DNA of 64,000 bases from Neocallimastix sp. 'constans'. Lineage: Eukaryota. The DNA lies in contig JBODTK010000013.1 in the NCBI GenBank assembly GCA_050613775.1, positions 1,116,001 to 1,180,000 on the forward strand, given 5' to 3'. The translations under genes and the position numbers were made by a program. The notes under the pieces were generated by a model. That model searched no databases. It saw only the letters and a list, made by a program, of their open reading frames with translations, and had not been told where the DNA came from. Each line of letters starts with the position of its first letter. The stretch's first letter is position 1. Positions 27,301-38,881 of the stretch are shown here, in pieces.

Positions 27301-29371
27301 CAAAAAATAAAAATATGAGGGAAAATTATGGGTATATAGAAAATTTTCAGGATTCTAAAAAGAAAAATGGAAACTTCGAAAATTTTTCGATTGGAGACAA
27401 TCATATTGATATCCTAAATACTACTGTTAATATATGTCCAAGTGAATTAAATAATATAGTTAGCAATATATTACAAGGTAATGATAAAATATATAGTCAT
27501 ATTAATCATAAAATTCATATATTTGAAATAAATGTAAATAAATGGAATAAAGAATTAAATCAATTGAATAAGTTAAAACAAATGGTACAAAATTATGTGA
27601 ATAATAAATTGGAAAATATAGAATCGTACATATTAGAATTTAATAAAAATAAATACAATGATAATACTATTACTGAATTAAAGGATTTTAAAGTTAAACT
27701 CTACCAACAAAGAAATAACATATTAGAATACATTAATAATATAGAACAAAAGAAAATAAATGAGAATTATAATTACAAAGTATCCATGGTGAATATGGAG
27801 AATGAAGAGGAACAATCCAAATTAAATGTAACGGAATTTATGGAGAAGTTTTTAGAGGAAAATATTGTCGAAGAAAATGGAGAAAAATATATTATCGATA
27901 ACGGTCAATATAGGAAAATCATTGAAAAAGAAGAAGATAAATTTAATTTAATTCTGAAATCACACTCAATAGGCCATGAAGGATTTGATAAAACATATGA
28001 GCGATTGAGGAGGACAAGTTATTGGAAAGGCATGACGAATGATATACGAAGATTTCTAAAGTTATGTACAATATGCCAATTAAAGAAAAAGAACGAAACA
28101 CCGAATCCTACAGAAAAATATTCTACGCAAGTGGAAGCGCCATTTACTCATCTTGGATTAGATATAATTGGTCCCTGCCTATCACTGAACGTAATAATCA
28201 ATATATTATAGTAGTCGTAGACTATTTCACTAAATGGGTTGAAGCAGAACCCACAGCAACAGTAACTGCAAAAGATGTAGTATATTTCTTAACCAAAGTT
28301 TTTGCTAGACATGGTACTCCAAGTGTTATTACTACGGATAATGGTACTCAATTCTCTGCAGATTATACAAAAATATTTTTAGATTTATATGACGTATATA
28401 TTAGATTTATCACAACATATCATCCAGAATCTAATGGGTTGACTGAAAATAGAAATAGAGATATTGGTAAATTATTAAGACTTCTTGGAGCTAAAGAAGA
28501 AAATTGGGACTTAATTTTATCTTCTGCTCTTTGGGCTTTAAGGGCTGCCAAAAATTCAGTAACGAAGTATTCTAGCTTTGAATTGCTTTATGGTCGTAAG
28601 GATTTACAACCATTTGAACTTGCTACTACGCTACCAACTTCAAATGTATTATAATCCAAAGATGAACAATTAATTTGTTAAAGTTTTTAGATAATTTGGT
28701 CTTAACGATTAGGTCAAGATGCCAAATTATAGTAATTAATTAATAATTAAATTTTATTCTTATTTAAAACATATTGTTATTAGTAAATTTTATAATTAAG
28801 TTTTTATCTAAAATATAAATTTTATTTAATCTTAATAATATTTTATTACATTATTATTTTATATAATTATTACTATAATTTAAATTACAATAATCCTACA
28901 AAGGATTAATCAAAGAATTTAAACATGTATTTATATAAAATAATTAATTATTAAAATATTAATTATTAATATGAATATGTAAATAATATTAATATAAGTT
29001 TGATATTGATAATATAAAGTTAGATAATAATATAAATATTTAATATAAATAAAATATAAGAATCAAATATTGCTAAATATTATATTTTATAATTAAAATA
29101 TAATATGTAGAAATTAATTTAATGACAATCACGTGTTTACATTATTTAATATATATTAAATTCAATATATTAATAATATTTAGTAATTAGTTGGCCTAGA
29201 CTAATTCCTAAATATTTTAATAAAGTTAATTTAATAATAATTATTATATTATTATTATTTATTAATATTGAAATTCAAATAACTGAATTATCGAAATTGA
29301 AATTGAATTGAAATTCAGCTATTATCTTAACATAATTGAGAAATTTATCGACCATCACAAATAGGTCTTAG
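24345..29371 (+). pseudogene. pol: pol of A (PR-RT-RH-IN, disrupted)
   Basis: ORFs 24509, 25512, 26967 and 28064. The IN reading continues DEQLI|EKFIDHHK*VL across solo LTR L, matching EEFLIRRFTTHYKWI in F. Confidence 0.9.
28676..29332 (-). mobile_element. Solo LTR L (657 bp, related to the element D LTR) inserted in the integrase of A
   Basis: TGTTAA..TTAACA with TSD TAATT (28671-75 / 29333-37); the reverse complement resembles the start of the D LTR and its ctttgta(a/g)g(g/a)ttattgta motif. Confidence 0.88.
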
Positions 29372-29375
29372 TGTA

Positions 29376-30317
29376 TGTAAAATAAAATAATAGCTTAGGT
29401 CGGCGAGGACAGACTATAATTTATTTTACACTATTTTATTATATCAACACTATAATTAATTATTAACTAAAACACTAAAACTAAAAAACTAATTTAATTT
29501 TTTGTTTTATAAAAAAAATCCTTTTATTAATATTTCTTATTTGTTGAATTTAACTATTCTAAAATCAACAATCACTTAACTGGGTACGGTAGGGTCCTTT
29601 ACCGGAAAGCCTACTAGCAGTTAAGATTTTAAAATAAAATTTAAAATAAAATTTGTTTTATAAAAGATAACTATTCTAATAATAGTTATAATACTAATTA
29701 ATAAAATATAAAATTTGTACTATCTATCTTATCTATAATATTTCCTATACTATTCTATTTTCTAACTAAACTATACTATTTTCTATACTATTTTCCAACT
29801 ATCGTTCAATAGTTGAAAATTAACTCTTTTTATACTTTTTGAAAATTAAAATTTAAATTGAATAGATTGTAATAAACTAACTAAAATATTATTATATATT
29901 TGTAATTACATTTAATAATAAATTACATGAATTTTTATGAGTTATTTTAATATAAAAACTATTTAAAACTATCTAATATTTCTAAAAATAAATAAACAAA
30001 ACGGCAAGTTTTTGTAAACAAACGGAAAAGGCAATTTTTCTTTGATTATTTTAATTTAACTAATTTATGACTAATTATTTTTAATTTACAAGTTTCATGA
30101 CTAATTATTTTTAATTTACAAAGTTTCATGATTCAAAGTGAGTAATAATGATGTAAATTCTCCAAATAATTTAGTCATACATTTTTGAGAAAATTAATTA
30201 AATTAATAATTTGGAATACATTTAAATTTATATTAAAAATTTGGAAAACATTTTTATCCACAATAATTTACATTACATTACATTTAAATACGTATTCAAA
30301 TTATTAAATATTTTACA
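29376..30317 (-). mobile_element. Solo LTR K (942 bp)
   Basis: Perfect terminal IR TGTAAAATA..TATTTTACA with TSD GTGTA (29371-75 / 30318-22); shares catgaaac/aattagtcatg motifs with the B LTR in reverse orientation. Confidence 0.85.
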
Positions 30318-31313
30318 GTGTAACGAAATCTTCAGTTGATAAGAAATTATTAATAACTTACTTTAGTTTATTAATAACTCTTTATCAAAGTTATAAATTT
30401 TAAGATAATTAAAATATATTTTATTATAAAACTTTTTAAAATTGATTTATTAGAAACAATGAAGTTATTTTAATACATAAATTTATTTAATTTTTAAATA
30501 TTAATTTTTATTAAATTTTAAATTTATAATATTAGATAAATGTAAAGATATTATTAATATCTTTATAAATTTTAATTAAATTTAATCATAAATTTAAGTA
30601 AAATTGAAATAAATCTATTAAAAATCACGTGTATAAAATTATTGCAAATAATTTTAAACAAAACTTCGACTTCTTCCCAATCATATTAATAAATTAAAAA
30701 TTTCTCTTGTGAACCTAGTAATTGAAAATCATTTCTTTTTATGTAATTTAATTTAAATAATAAGAGTTAAGGTTTTTTACAAGATAAATTAACAACATGA
30801 AACTATGCAATTAGTCATGTTGAAACTTGCGGCATTTTATGCTAAAATCATATTAAATAATTATGACAACTTTTATATTAATTTTAAATAGAAAATATAA
30901 TAAGAATTTATTAATAATATTTAAATAATAAATAAATAATAAATGAGCTCGATTGAAATTGTTTATATTTATTTTAGTTATTAATTATAATTCTCTTTAT
31001 TTAGTAATAGTTAATTATTTATTATTAGTTTAGGTTAGTATTGTTTTTAAATAAATAGTTAGATAATATAATTCAATAGGAATTATATATTCTAAATGTA
31101 ATAAGATAAAAATATAAATAGTTAACCAAATTTCATGTATTTTAATCGATGTAATTGTTATTAACGATTTATTGTTAATAACACTAATAATTAATAAAGA
31201 TTATTTTAAAATCTAAATATAATAAAACTTATTTGTTTATAGAACATTTTTGTGTTATTTAGTGTTATTATAATTTTTGACTTATAATCTATTTTTTAAA
31301 TCAAAACTTTATA

Positions 31314-31324
31314 ATAACAATTAC
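31314..31324 (+). promoter_or_regulatory. Self-priming PBS of B
   Basis: ATAACAATTAC directly after the 5' LTR is the exact complement of GTAATTGTTAT at 31151-31161, which lies ~30 nt after TATAAATA (31113). No TGG tRNA-type PBS. Confidence 0.85.
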
Positions 31325-31691
31325 CTTTTTCTCTCAATAAAATACGTTATAAGTCAAGATTATAACACGTGATACGTTAACAGTGGCTTGTGTGTGGCTT
31401 GATTCAAAATATTTTTTTACCAGTTTTAGATTATTGCTACCAGTTTCAGAATATTGCCACCAGCTCTATAATATTGCTACCGAAATTACAATTACACGTC
31501 TTAGAACAAGATTCAAAAAACCATAAACCTTAAATATTTTAATTTATAACGTTACGTTTACTCGACAGCACCGCTTCAAAGGATAGAGCTAGATCGACTA
31601 GATGAAAAAACGTTATAGTTTGAAATATTTATTTGTTTGATATTTTTGTTAAAGAAATTGCAAAAATTTAAGTCAATTTAAAATAATCAAA

Positions 31692-34600
31692 TTGGAGGGA
31701 TTTAACAACCTAATAAGAAGATTCGAAGACCTTAACCTGCAAGAAATGAATCAAGAGAATCATCAAGTTCTGCCCCGTAACAATCAAAAGATTGTTAACG
31801 AACCACCGCTATTTTCTGGAATCAAGAAGGACTTTGATGGCTTCCTTACAAGAGCTGAAATAGCTATGGAAGCCAATCCACAAGGTTTCAATAACGACCA
31901 TACAAAGGTCAGATTTATAATTTCTTATCTTGTCGGTGATCCCTTGATATGGGCCTCAAACTTGCGAAGAAATAATGATCCCCTGCTCAATGTTTATGAA
32001 GATTTTATTCAAGAATTAAGAAATCAATTTGGAGAGCAGGACATGAGCACAGTTGTCGCAAACGGTAAATTATGCAGCATCCGACAACATAAATTTGGTC
32101 ATGTTAGTGAGTATATAAATGAATTTAATAAAATCAGCAGACATTCAGATTTTAACGATTCTGCTAAGATTTATATGTTTGTAAAAGGACTTCACTACAA
32201 GATGAGGGAGCACCTTGCAGTGGTAAATCCAAATCCCAACAACTTAAGAAGACTTTTCACTGATGTCCTTAGTATCGAAAGCTTAACTAAGAGACATGAA
32301 ATAAATGAATTTTTCTATCATAATTATTACCATCGTAAGGAAATAAATAATAATAATCATGCGTCTACTAGTGACCCAATGGAAATAGATTTATACAGGA
32401 TTAAGAGAGGACAAACGAATACAAGTTACTTCCCTTCTAACCAGAAATTATATCAAGAAAACTCGAATTCAAGAGATGAAGAAAGAATGAAAGGATTGTG
32501 CTATTATTGTAAAAAACCAGGTCATCGCTATTTTAACTGTCCAAATAAGAAGAAACCTGCCGGAGTCAAGATTATCAGTAAACAAGAAAACACCGCTACC
32601 ACACCCTCAAGTAGTTTAAGAAGAATTAGAAGAATCAACAGTCAAGAAGATATTGTCAAAGTTAGAAAAATCGTGGAAGAACAAAACTCACTTTTGACAA
32701 AGAAAAGTAATATCATTGATTTCTATATTAAAACAAACGATACAGAAGAAGTAAAAGCAAGAGTTCTGATCGATTCTGGTTCTGATCTTAATTTTATCCA
32801 TCCTGAATTCGCTAAAGCCTTTGGAATTAAAACAAAAGAAATCGAAGAACCTTTCCGTGTTACTGGTCTTGGATATGGTGTTTCATCAGTAAAAAAGGAA
32901 ACTGAGAAATGCGTTCTTCGTTTAAGGAACCACTTGGAAACGATTCAACTCTATGTTCTCAGGATTCCTGATGTTGATATTATCTTGGGTTTACCATGGA
33001 TCAATAAGCACTCCCCCTACAACTACCATGACGCAAAGAAGATTTCTTTCGGATCCGGTTTCTGTGCAAGACATTGTAACAATGGTAAAAGAAAAAGGAA
33101 AAACAAGAACAAGAAAAGGAACAAAGGAAAAGAACCTGCTACCAACCTAGAAGAAAACAAAGTTATTATTGAAGAATCAAGAAAAAGAAAACCTCTCTTT
33201 GACTCTGATTCCGACTCTGACTCAGAAGAAGAAATTTCTATTCGTGGCCGCCGAACTCGTATTAGAACTTGCTCTGAATTTAATAATTATGATAGTGATA
33301 GTGATATTAATGATACTTTTATGTTAGATAATTTTAGTGATAGCATTAGTGATAGTGATAACTTTAGCGATAGTGATGATATTATTGTTATGAATTGTGA
33401 TAGTAAAATTAGTACTAATAGTTTAAGGATTTTAAAGAAAATTTGTGAATCTAGTAAATGTAAGAAATTAAATGTAATTGAAAAATGTAATGATGAAGAT
33501 AATAATTTAAATAAAGATGGTGAAAAGGTCGAAGTACCTGAAATCTATTTGATGTTTAAAGAAGTGTTTAATGAAAATAATTGTAATGTGTTACCTCCGC
33601 ATCGTAATTATGATTGTGAAATTAAATTAAAAGATAATTGTAGTCTATTTTATGGTCCGTTGTACCCTTTAACTGAAACGGAGAGAGAAGAATTAAAGAA
33701 ATATTTAGAAGAGAATTTAAAAAAGGGTTTTATTAGGAAATCTTCTTCTCCTGCTGGTGCACCTATTTTATTTGTTAGAAAAAAGGATGGTACTTATAGA
33801 CTAGTTATTGATTATAGAAAATTGAACGAAATGACCATCCGTAACTCTTATCCACTTCCTTTAATTAGTGAATTGTTGGATAGAGTTAAAGGTGCTAAAT
33901 ATTTTACTAAGTTAGATTTAAAATCTGCTTATAACTTAGTAAGAATTAAAGAAGGTGACGAGTACAAAACTGCCTTTCGTACAAGATACGGGCACTTTGA
34001 ATATCTCGTTATGCCTTTTGGGCTTAAGAATGCCCCTGCTACATTCCAACATTTTATAAATGATGTTCTCAGTGATTACTTAGATGATTTTGTAATCTCT
34101 TACATTGATGACATTTTAATTTATTCTAATACTTTAGAAGAACATCATGTACATGTTAAGAAAGTTTTAAGAAAATTGTTAGAGAATCATTTAGTTGTTA
34201 AATTAGAAAAGTGTGAATTTGATGTAACTGAAACTACCTTTCTTGGTTATGTTTTATCAAGAGATGGAATTAAAATGGATAAAGAAAAAGTTAAAGCAAT
34301 TTTAGATTGGCCTGTTCCAACAAACGTTAAAGAAATTCAATCGTTTATTGGACTTTGTAATTATTACAGAATTTTTATTAAAGACTTTGCGAAAATTGCA
34401 AATCCTCTCCACAAATTAACTAGAAAAAATGTTCCTTTTAATTGGAGTTCTGAACAACAAAAAGGGTTTGATACTTTAAAAGAATTATTTACTACTGCTC
34501 CTATTTTGAAACATCCTGATAGCAACAAACAATTCATTGTTGAAACTGATGCTAGTAATTTTGCTGTTGGTGCAATTCTTTCTCAGGAATTTGATGGGCA

Positions 34601-36512
34601 TTTGCATCCAATTGCTTTTATTTCTACTAGCTTAACTAAATCCCAAAGAAATTACCCTATCTATGACAAAGAACTTCTTGCTATTAAAGTTGCATTGGAA
34701 GGATGGAGACATTACTTAGAAGGAGCTCGCCATCAGTTTATTATTTATACTGATCATAAGAATTTAACTTTCCCTCGAAAACCTGAACTTCTTTCCCAAC
34801 GCCAAATTCGTTGGTATGAATTCTTATCTAGATTTGATTTTAAACTAATTTACAGAGCTGGTAAAAAGTCAGGTAAACCAGATATTTTATCAAGACGTAG
34901 TGATCATTTATTTGCTAGTGTTCGTCCTATTTCATGCGTTATTAATTCATGTAGTTTTAAGAATGATTCTTTAATCTCCTCTATTCATGATTCTCTAGCT
35001 AATGATGAATTCTATTGCAAAATAACTGAATTTCTTAAAAATGATAAATCAAAAGATCCCCCTTTTAGTAAAATCGATAAATTTTCTCTTGACAAAAATG
35101 GTTATTTACTTTTTGAAAATTTAATTTATGTTCCCAATAAAATTAGAATAAGAGTTTTAGAACTCCATCATGACTCTATTTCTGCTGGTCATTTTGGAAT
35201 TAATAAAACTATTGAACTTATTTCTCGTAATTTCTGGTGGCCTAAATTACAAAAAGATGTTAAAATGTTTATTAAATCTTGTGAAATTTGTTCAAAATCC
35301 AAAATCCCAAGACATAAGCCATATGGTTTACTTTCTCCACTTTCTACACCAAATAGAGCCTGGTCTGCTATCTCTATGGATTTTATTGTTGAACTTCCGA
35401 AATCCAAAGATATGACCACTATAATGGTTGTTGTGGATCGCTTAACTAAAATGGCTCATTTTATACCTTTTAGATGTCTTCCTACTGCTTCTATTGCTGC
35501 TGATTCTTTCATTGCTAATATTTTTAAACTTCATGGTTTCCCCGATTCTATTATTTCTGATCGTGGTTCTCAGTTTACCTCTGATTTTTGGAATCGTCTT
35601 TGCTCTCTTTTAAATATTAAGCATTCTTTTTCTACTGCTTATCACCCGCAGACCGATGGTCAAACGGAGAGGGTGAACTCGATATTGGAACAATATCTTC
35701 GTTGTTTCATCAATGAAAAGCAAAATAACTGGCTTGATTTATTACCTTTTGCAGAATTTTCCTATAATAATACTTTACAACAGTCAATAAATCAATCACC
35801 ATTTTTTGCAAATTATGGTTTTAATCCGAAATTTAATCCTGAAATTCCTTCAAATGAGAATCCGCATAGAGCTGAGAAAAGAATATTAAATATTAATGAA
35901 AACATTAAATTTTTAAAAGAAAACTTAGAGCAAGCAAAAAAGACTTATAAGAAATATGCAGATCTGAAAAGAATGGATTCTCCAGATTTTAAAGTAGGAA
36001 ATAAAGTTTATCTTTTAAAGGGTAATACAACAAAGAAAAATAAAAAATTATCTGATCAACTAATAGGACCCTTTGAAATCATTAGAAAAGTTAGTGATTT
36101 AGCGTATGAACTTAAACTTCCTAATAATATGCGCTGTCACCCTGTATTCCATGTTTCGCTCCTCGAACCTTACCATGAAAATGAATTCCCAAACAGAAGA
36201 AATACTCGTAGAAGAAATATTAATCTTAATACGGATACAATTAATAGAAGTCCTGAAAGAATAATTAAAATGAAAACTTTTAACAATAAAAATCGTTACT
36301 TGATTAAATGGAAAGGATGCGATTCTAATGAAAATACTTGGATCGATGAAGATCAAATTTTTGATAAACAATTAATACAAGAATACTATAGAAAAGAAAA
36401 GAAGAATAAATCTTCGAATATTAACAATGAATTTTGCCAACTACCTGAAGATTCGAACGAGTACTATGTTAGGCATAAATATCAACCTTTTGTGATCGAT
36501 CTTCCTTCCTAA
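31692..36512 (+). CDS. Gag-Pol polyprotein of B (CA, CCHC, PR, RT, RH, IN, chromodomain)
   Basis: CYYCKKPGHRYFNC, LIDSGS, YIDD, HHCC, SMDF/SDRG/TERVN, HPVFHVS and YLIKWKG..ENTW. The ORF opens with TTG; the first in-frame ATG is at 31746. Confidence 0.95.
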   Translation: MEGFNNLIRRFEDLNLQEMNQENHQVLPRNNQKIVNEPPLFSGIKKDFDGFLTRAEIAMEANPQGFNNDHTKVRFIISYLVGDPLIWASNLRRNNDPLLNVYEDFIQELRNQFGEQDMSTVVANGKLCSIRQHKFGHVSEYINEFNKISRHSDFNDSAKIYMFVKGLHYKMREHLAVVNPNPNNLRRLFTDVLSIESLTKRHEINEFFYHNYYHRKEINNNNHASTSDPMEIDLYRIKRGQTNTSYFPSNQKLYQENSNSRDEERMKGLCYYCKKPGHRYFNCPNKKKPAGVKIISKQENTATTPSSSLRRIRRINSQEDIVKVRKIVEEQNSLLTKKSNIIDFYIKTNDTEEVKARVLIDSGSDLNFIHPEFAKAFGIKTKEIEEPFRVTGLGYGVSSVKKETEKCVLRLRNHLETIQLYVLRIPDVDIILGLPWINKHSPYNYHDAKKISFGSGFCARHCNNGKRKRKNKNKKRNKGKEPATNLEENKVIIEESRKRKPLFDSDSDSDSEEEISIRGRRTRIRTCSEFNNYDSDSDINDTFMLDNFSDSISDSDNFSDSDDIIVMNCDSKISTNSLRILKKICESSKCKKLNVIEKCNDEDNNLNKDGEKVEVPEIYLMFKEVFNENNCNVLPPHRNYDCEIKLKDNCSLFYGPLYPLTETEREELKKYLEENLKKGFIRKSSSPAGAPILFVRKKDGTYRLVIDYRKLNEMTIRNSYPLPLISELLDRVKGAKYFTKLDLKSAYNLVRIKEGDEYKTAFRTRYGHFEYLVMPFGLKNAPATFQHFINDVLSDYLDDFVISYIDDILIYSNTLEEHHVHVKKVLRKLLENHLVVKLEKCEFDVTETTFLGYVLSRDGIKMDKEKVKAILDWPVPTNVKEIQSFIGLCNYYRIFIKDFAKIANPLHKLTRKNVPFNWSSEQQKGFDTLKELFTTAPILKHPDSNKQFIVETDASNFAVGAILSQEFDGHLHPIAFISTSLTKSQRNYPIYDKELLAIKVALEGWRHYLEGARHQFIIYTDHKNLTFPRKPELLSQRQIRWYEFLSRFDFKLIYRAGKKSGKPDILSRRSDHLFASVRPISCVINSCSFKNDSLISSIHDSLANDEFYCKITEFLKNDKSKDPPFSKIDKFSLDKNGYLLFENLIYVPNKIRIRVLELHHDSISAGHFGINKTIELISRNFWWPKLQKDVKMFIKSCEICSKSKIPRHKPYGLLSPLSTPNRAWSAISMDFIVELPKSKDMTTIMVVVDRLTKMAHFIPFRCLPTASIAADSFIANIFKLHGFPDSIISDRGSQFTSDFWNRLCSLLNIKHSFSTAYHPQTDGQTERVNSILEQYLRCFINEKQNNWLDLLPFAEFSYNNTLQQSINQSPFFANYGFNPKFNPEIPSNENPHRAEKRILNINENIKFLKENLEQAKKTYKKYADLKRMDSPDFKVGNKVYLLKGNTTKKNKKLSDQLIGPFEIIRKVSDLAYELKLPNNMRCHPVFHVSLLEPYHENEFPNRRNTRRRNINLNTDTINRSPERIIKMKTFNNKNRYLIKWKGCDSNENTWIDEDQIFDKQLIQEYYRKEKKNKSSNINNEFCQLPEDSNEYYVRHKYQPFVIDLPS

Positions 36513-37867
36513 AGTTAATCTCGCAGGAGCTCGACTTAAGGGGCGAGATTGTAAAGATATTATTAATATCTTTATAAATTTTAATTAAATTTAATCATAA
36601 ATTTAAGTAAAATTGAAATAAATCTATTAAAAATCACGTGTATAAAATTATTGCAAATAATTTTAAACAAAACTTCGACTTCTTCCCAATCATATTAATA
36701 AATTAAAAATTTCTCTTGTGAACCTAGTAATTGAAAATCATTTCTTTTTATGTAATTTAATTTAAATAATAAGAGTTAAGGTTTTTTACAAGATAAATTA
36801 ACAACATGAAACTATGCAATTAGTCATGTTGAAACTTGCGGTATTTTATGCTAAAATCATATTAAATAATTATGACAACTTTTATATTAATTTTAAATAG
36901 AAAATATAATAAGAATTTATTAATAATATTTAAATAATAAATAAATAATAAATGAGCTCGATTGAAATTGTTTATATTTATTTTAGTTATTAATTATAAT
37001 TCTCTTTATTTAGTAATAGTTAATTATTTATTATTAGTTTAGGTTAGTATTGTTTTTAAATAAATAGTTAGATAATATAATTCAATAGGAATTATATATT
37101 CTAAATGTAATAAGATAAAAATATAAATAGTTAACCAAATTTCATGTATTTTAATCGATGTAATTGTTATTAACGATTTATTGTTAATAACACTAATAAT
37201 TAATAAAGATTATTTTAAAATCTAAATATAATAAAACTTATTTGTTTATAGAACATTTTTGTGTTATTTAGTGTTATTATAATTTTTGACTTATAATCTA
37301 TTTTTTAAATCAAAACTTTATAATAAATACTTTTAAATTTAAATAAGATAAAATAAGTATTTATTGAACAAGTTTTGATAAACAAAAATGTTAACAAAAA
37401 TGTTGTTCTTTTAAATAAGAATTATTACATGTTTTTATAATTTTCGTTAAGATTAAACTATATAATTAACTATCTAATTTAATTACTATTTATATCTTTT
37501 AGAAATATTAAAAAAAGAAAAAGTATTACTATTTTAATTCTATTTAAAGTCTTATTTTCTATTTTAAAAAAAAAGAATTAGTTTTAAGTCTTTAAAATAA
37601 AATAACTATTTACTAATTATATCAAATAATAACAAATATTTATGTAATAAAATATATTTTACATAATAAAATTATTTAAATTTAATTTCTATATTAATTA
37701 TTTAAATTTACATTGTTCTTTTATTAATCTTAAAATTTTATTTGAAAATACTAACTTTTTATAATAATTATTTATAATTTTATAGTTTAGTAAATTATTA
37801 TTATAAATTATTAATTTTAGTTTATTAATTAATTTTAAATTATAAATTTCATCTTTTATCACAGTTA

Positions 37868-38880
37868 TGGTAGACTCGGGGTTGACACTTAGATATTTAA
37901 AATCAAGCAGGGGGGACGGGTATTACCCTGCTTTGATTTTAAAAAAAAAAAAATAATTCTTTATTAAAAGTTATTTATTTTTTTTATTAATATAAAATTT
38001 TATTATTTAAAGTACACATATTTAATTTTTAAGAAATTGTTACAATATTTATATTTTTTTATAAATTTAAAGTATAATTAATTGTTTATAATTTAAGTAA
38101 TTCTATAGAATTATTGAATTAATTTTATATCAATAATTCATTTTTGTTTTAATTTTTATAAATATAATAATATAATATTCAAATATAATTTAATTAAAAA
38201 TAATTATAAAATAAATATATAGAAAATAGTTTTTACTATTTTCTTTGATATTTTTAAGTTAAATAAATTGTTTTTAAAGATTAATATAATAAATTTAATA
38301 ATCTTTAATTATTTTAAATAATACTTGTAATTATTTTCAAAATAAAATAAAATTTTTATAATATTTAATTAATAAATTTGATAATATTTAAATAATAATT
38401 TTTATAATAAGTAAAAATTTTTAATAATAATTTTTAATAATAATTTTAATTAATAATCTTAATAATTTTATAATAATATTTAATAGTTATAATAAATAAA
38501 TTTTTATAATAATATTTAATAATTTTAATAATTTTATAATATTAATAATTTATAATAATTTTTAGAATAATATTTAATTAATAATTTTAATAATTTTATA
38601 ATAATTTTTATAATAATATTTAATTAATAGTTTTAATAATTTAGTATCTTAAAAGTATAATTTTAATATTTACAATTGTATTTTAATATACATATATTTA
38701 ATAATATAACAATAAAATAATTAATTAAAATTTATTTACATTATTTACAAGTTAAAATTAATTTATATCAAAATAAATTAAATTTTATTATTAAGTTTAG
38801 GTTATCAAGAATATAGGAAAGTACAATTTAGTAAAGAATTATTAATAATAAAATAAAGGTTATTAATTCATTCTTTACCA
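37868..38880. mobile_element. Solo LTR E' (1013 bp), queue member
   Basis: TGGTAG..TTACCA; near-identical to 55246-56320; left flank GTTA, right flank G. Confidence 0.85.
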
Positions 38881-38881
38881 G

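Larger units (their letters stand above)
22130..29371 (+). mobile_element. Element A: degenerate, 3'-truncated Ty3/gypsy retrotransposon (same broad family as C and F)
   Basis: 5' LTR TGATATA(22130, or 22155)..TATATCA(23382), then a PBS-like TGGTGGCG, gag, PR (LLIDSGS), RT (FLDD), RNase H and IN (GHEG, TDNG). Many stops and frameshifts. Interrupted by solo LTRs M and L; ends abruptly at LTR J. Confidence 0.88.
30541..37322 (+). mobile_element. Element B: full-length Tf1/sushi-like chromovirus
   Basis: 773-bp LTRs 30541-31313 and 36550-37322 (one C/T difference seen), TSD ATAAA, PPT aaggggcgaga before the 3' LTR, and a single gag-pol ORF. Confidence 0.96.
29372..37861. mobile_element. Solo LTR J (~760 bp when reassembled), split by K and B; first member of the queue
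   Basis: TGTA(29372-75)+30323-30540+37328-37861, ending TTATCA. Right flank CAGTTA; the left flank (TTAG) does not match. Confidence 0.65.

Noticed and set aside
29586..29618. Helitron-like hairpin plus CTAG
   Set aside because: Followed by C rather than T, and lies inside solo LTR K, which is fully explained by its own TSD.
30315..30322. ACAG-TG junction as a queue spacer
   Set aside because: Better explained as the K terminus plus its 5-bp TSD GTGTA.
31415..31482. ACCAG-containing ~21-bp repeats in the leader of B
   Set aside because: A short internal tandem repeat with no LTR termini; its resemblance to the queue spacer appears coincidental.
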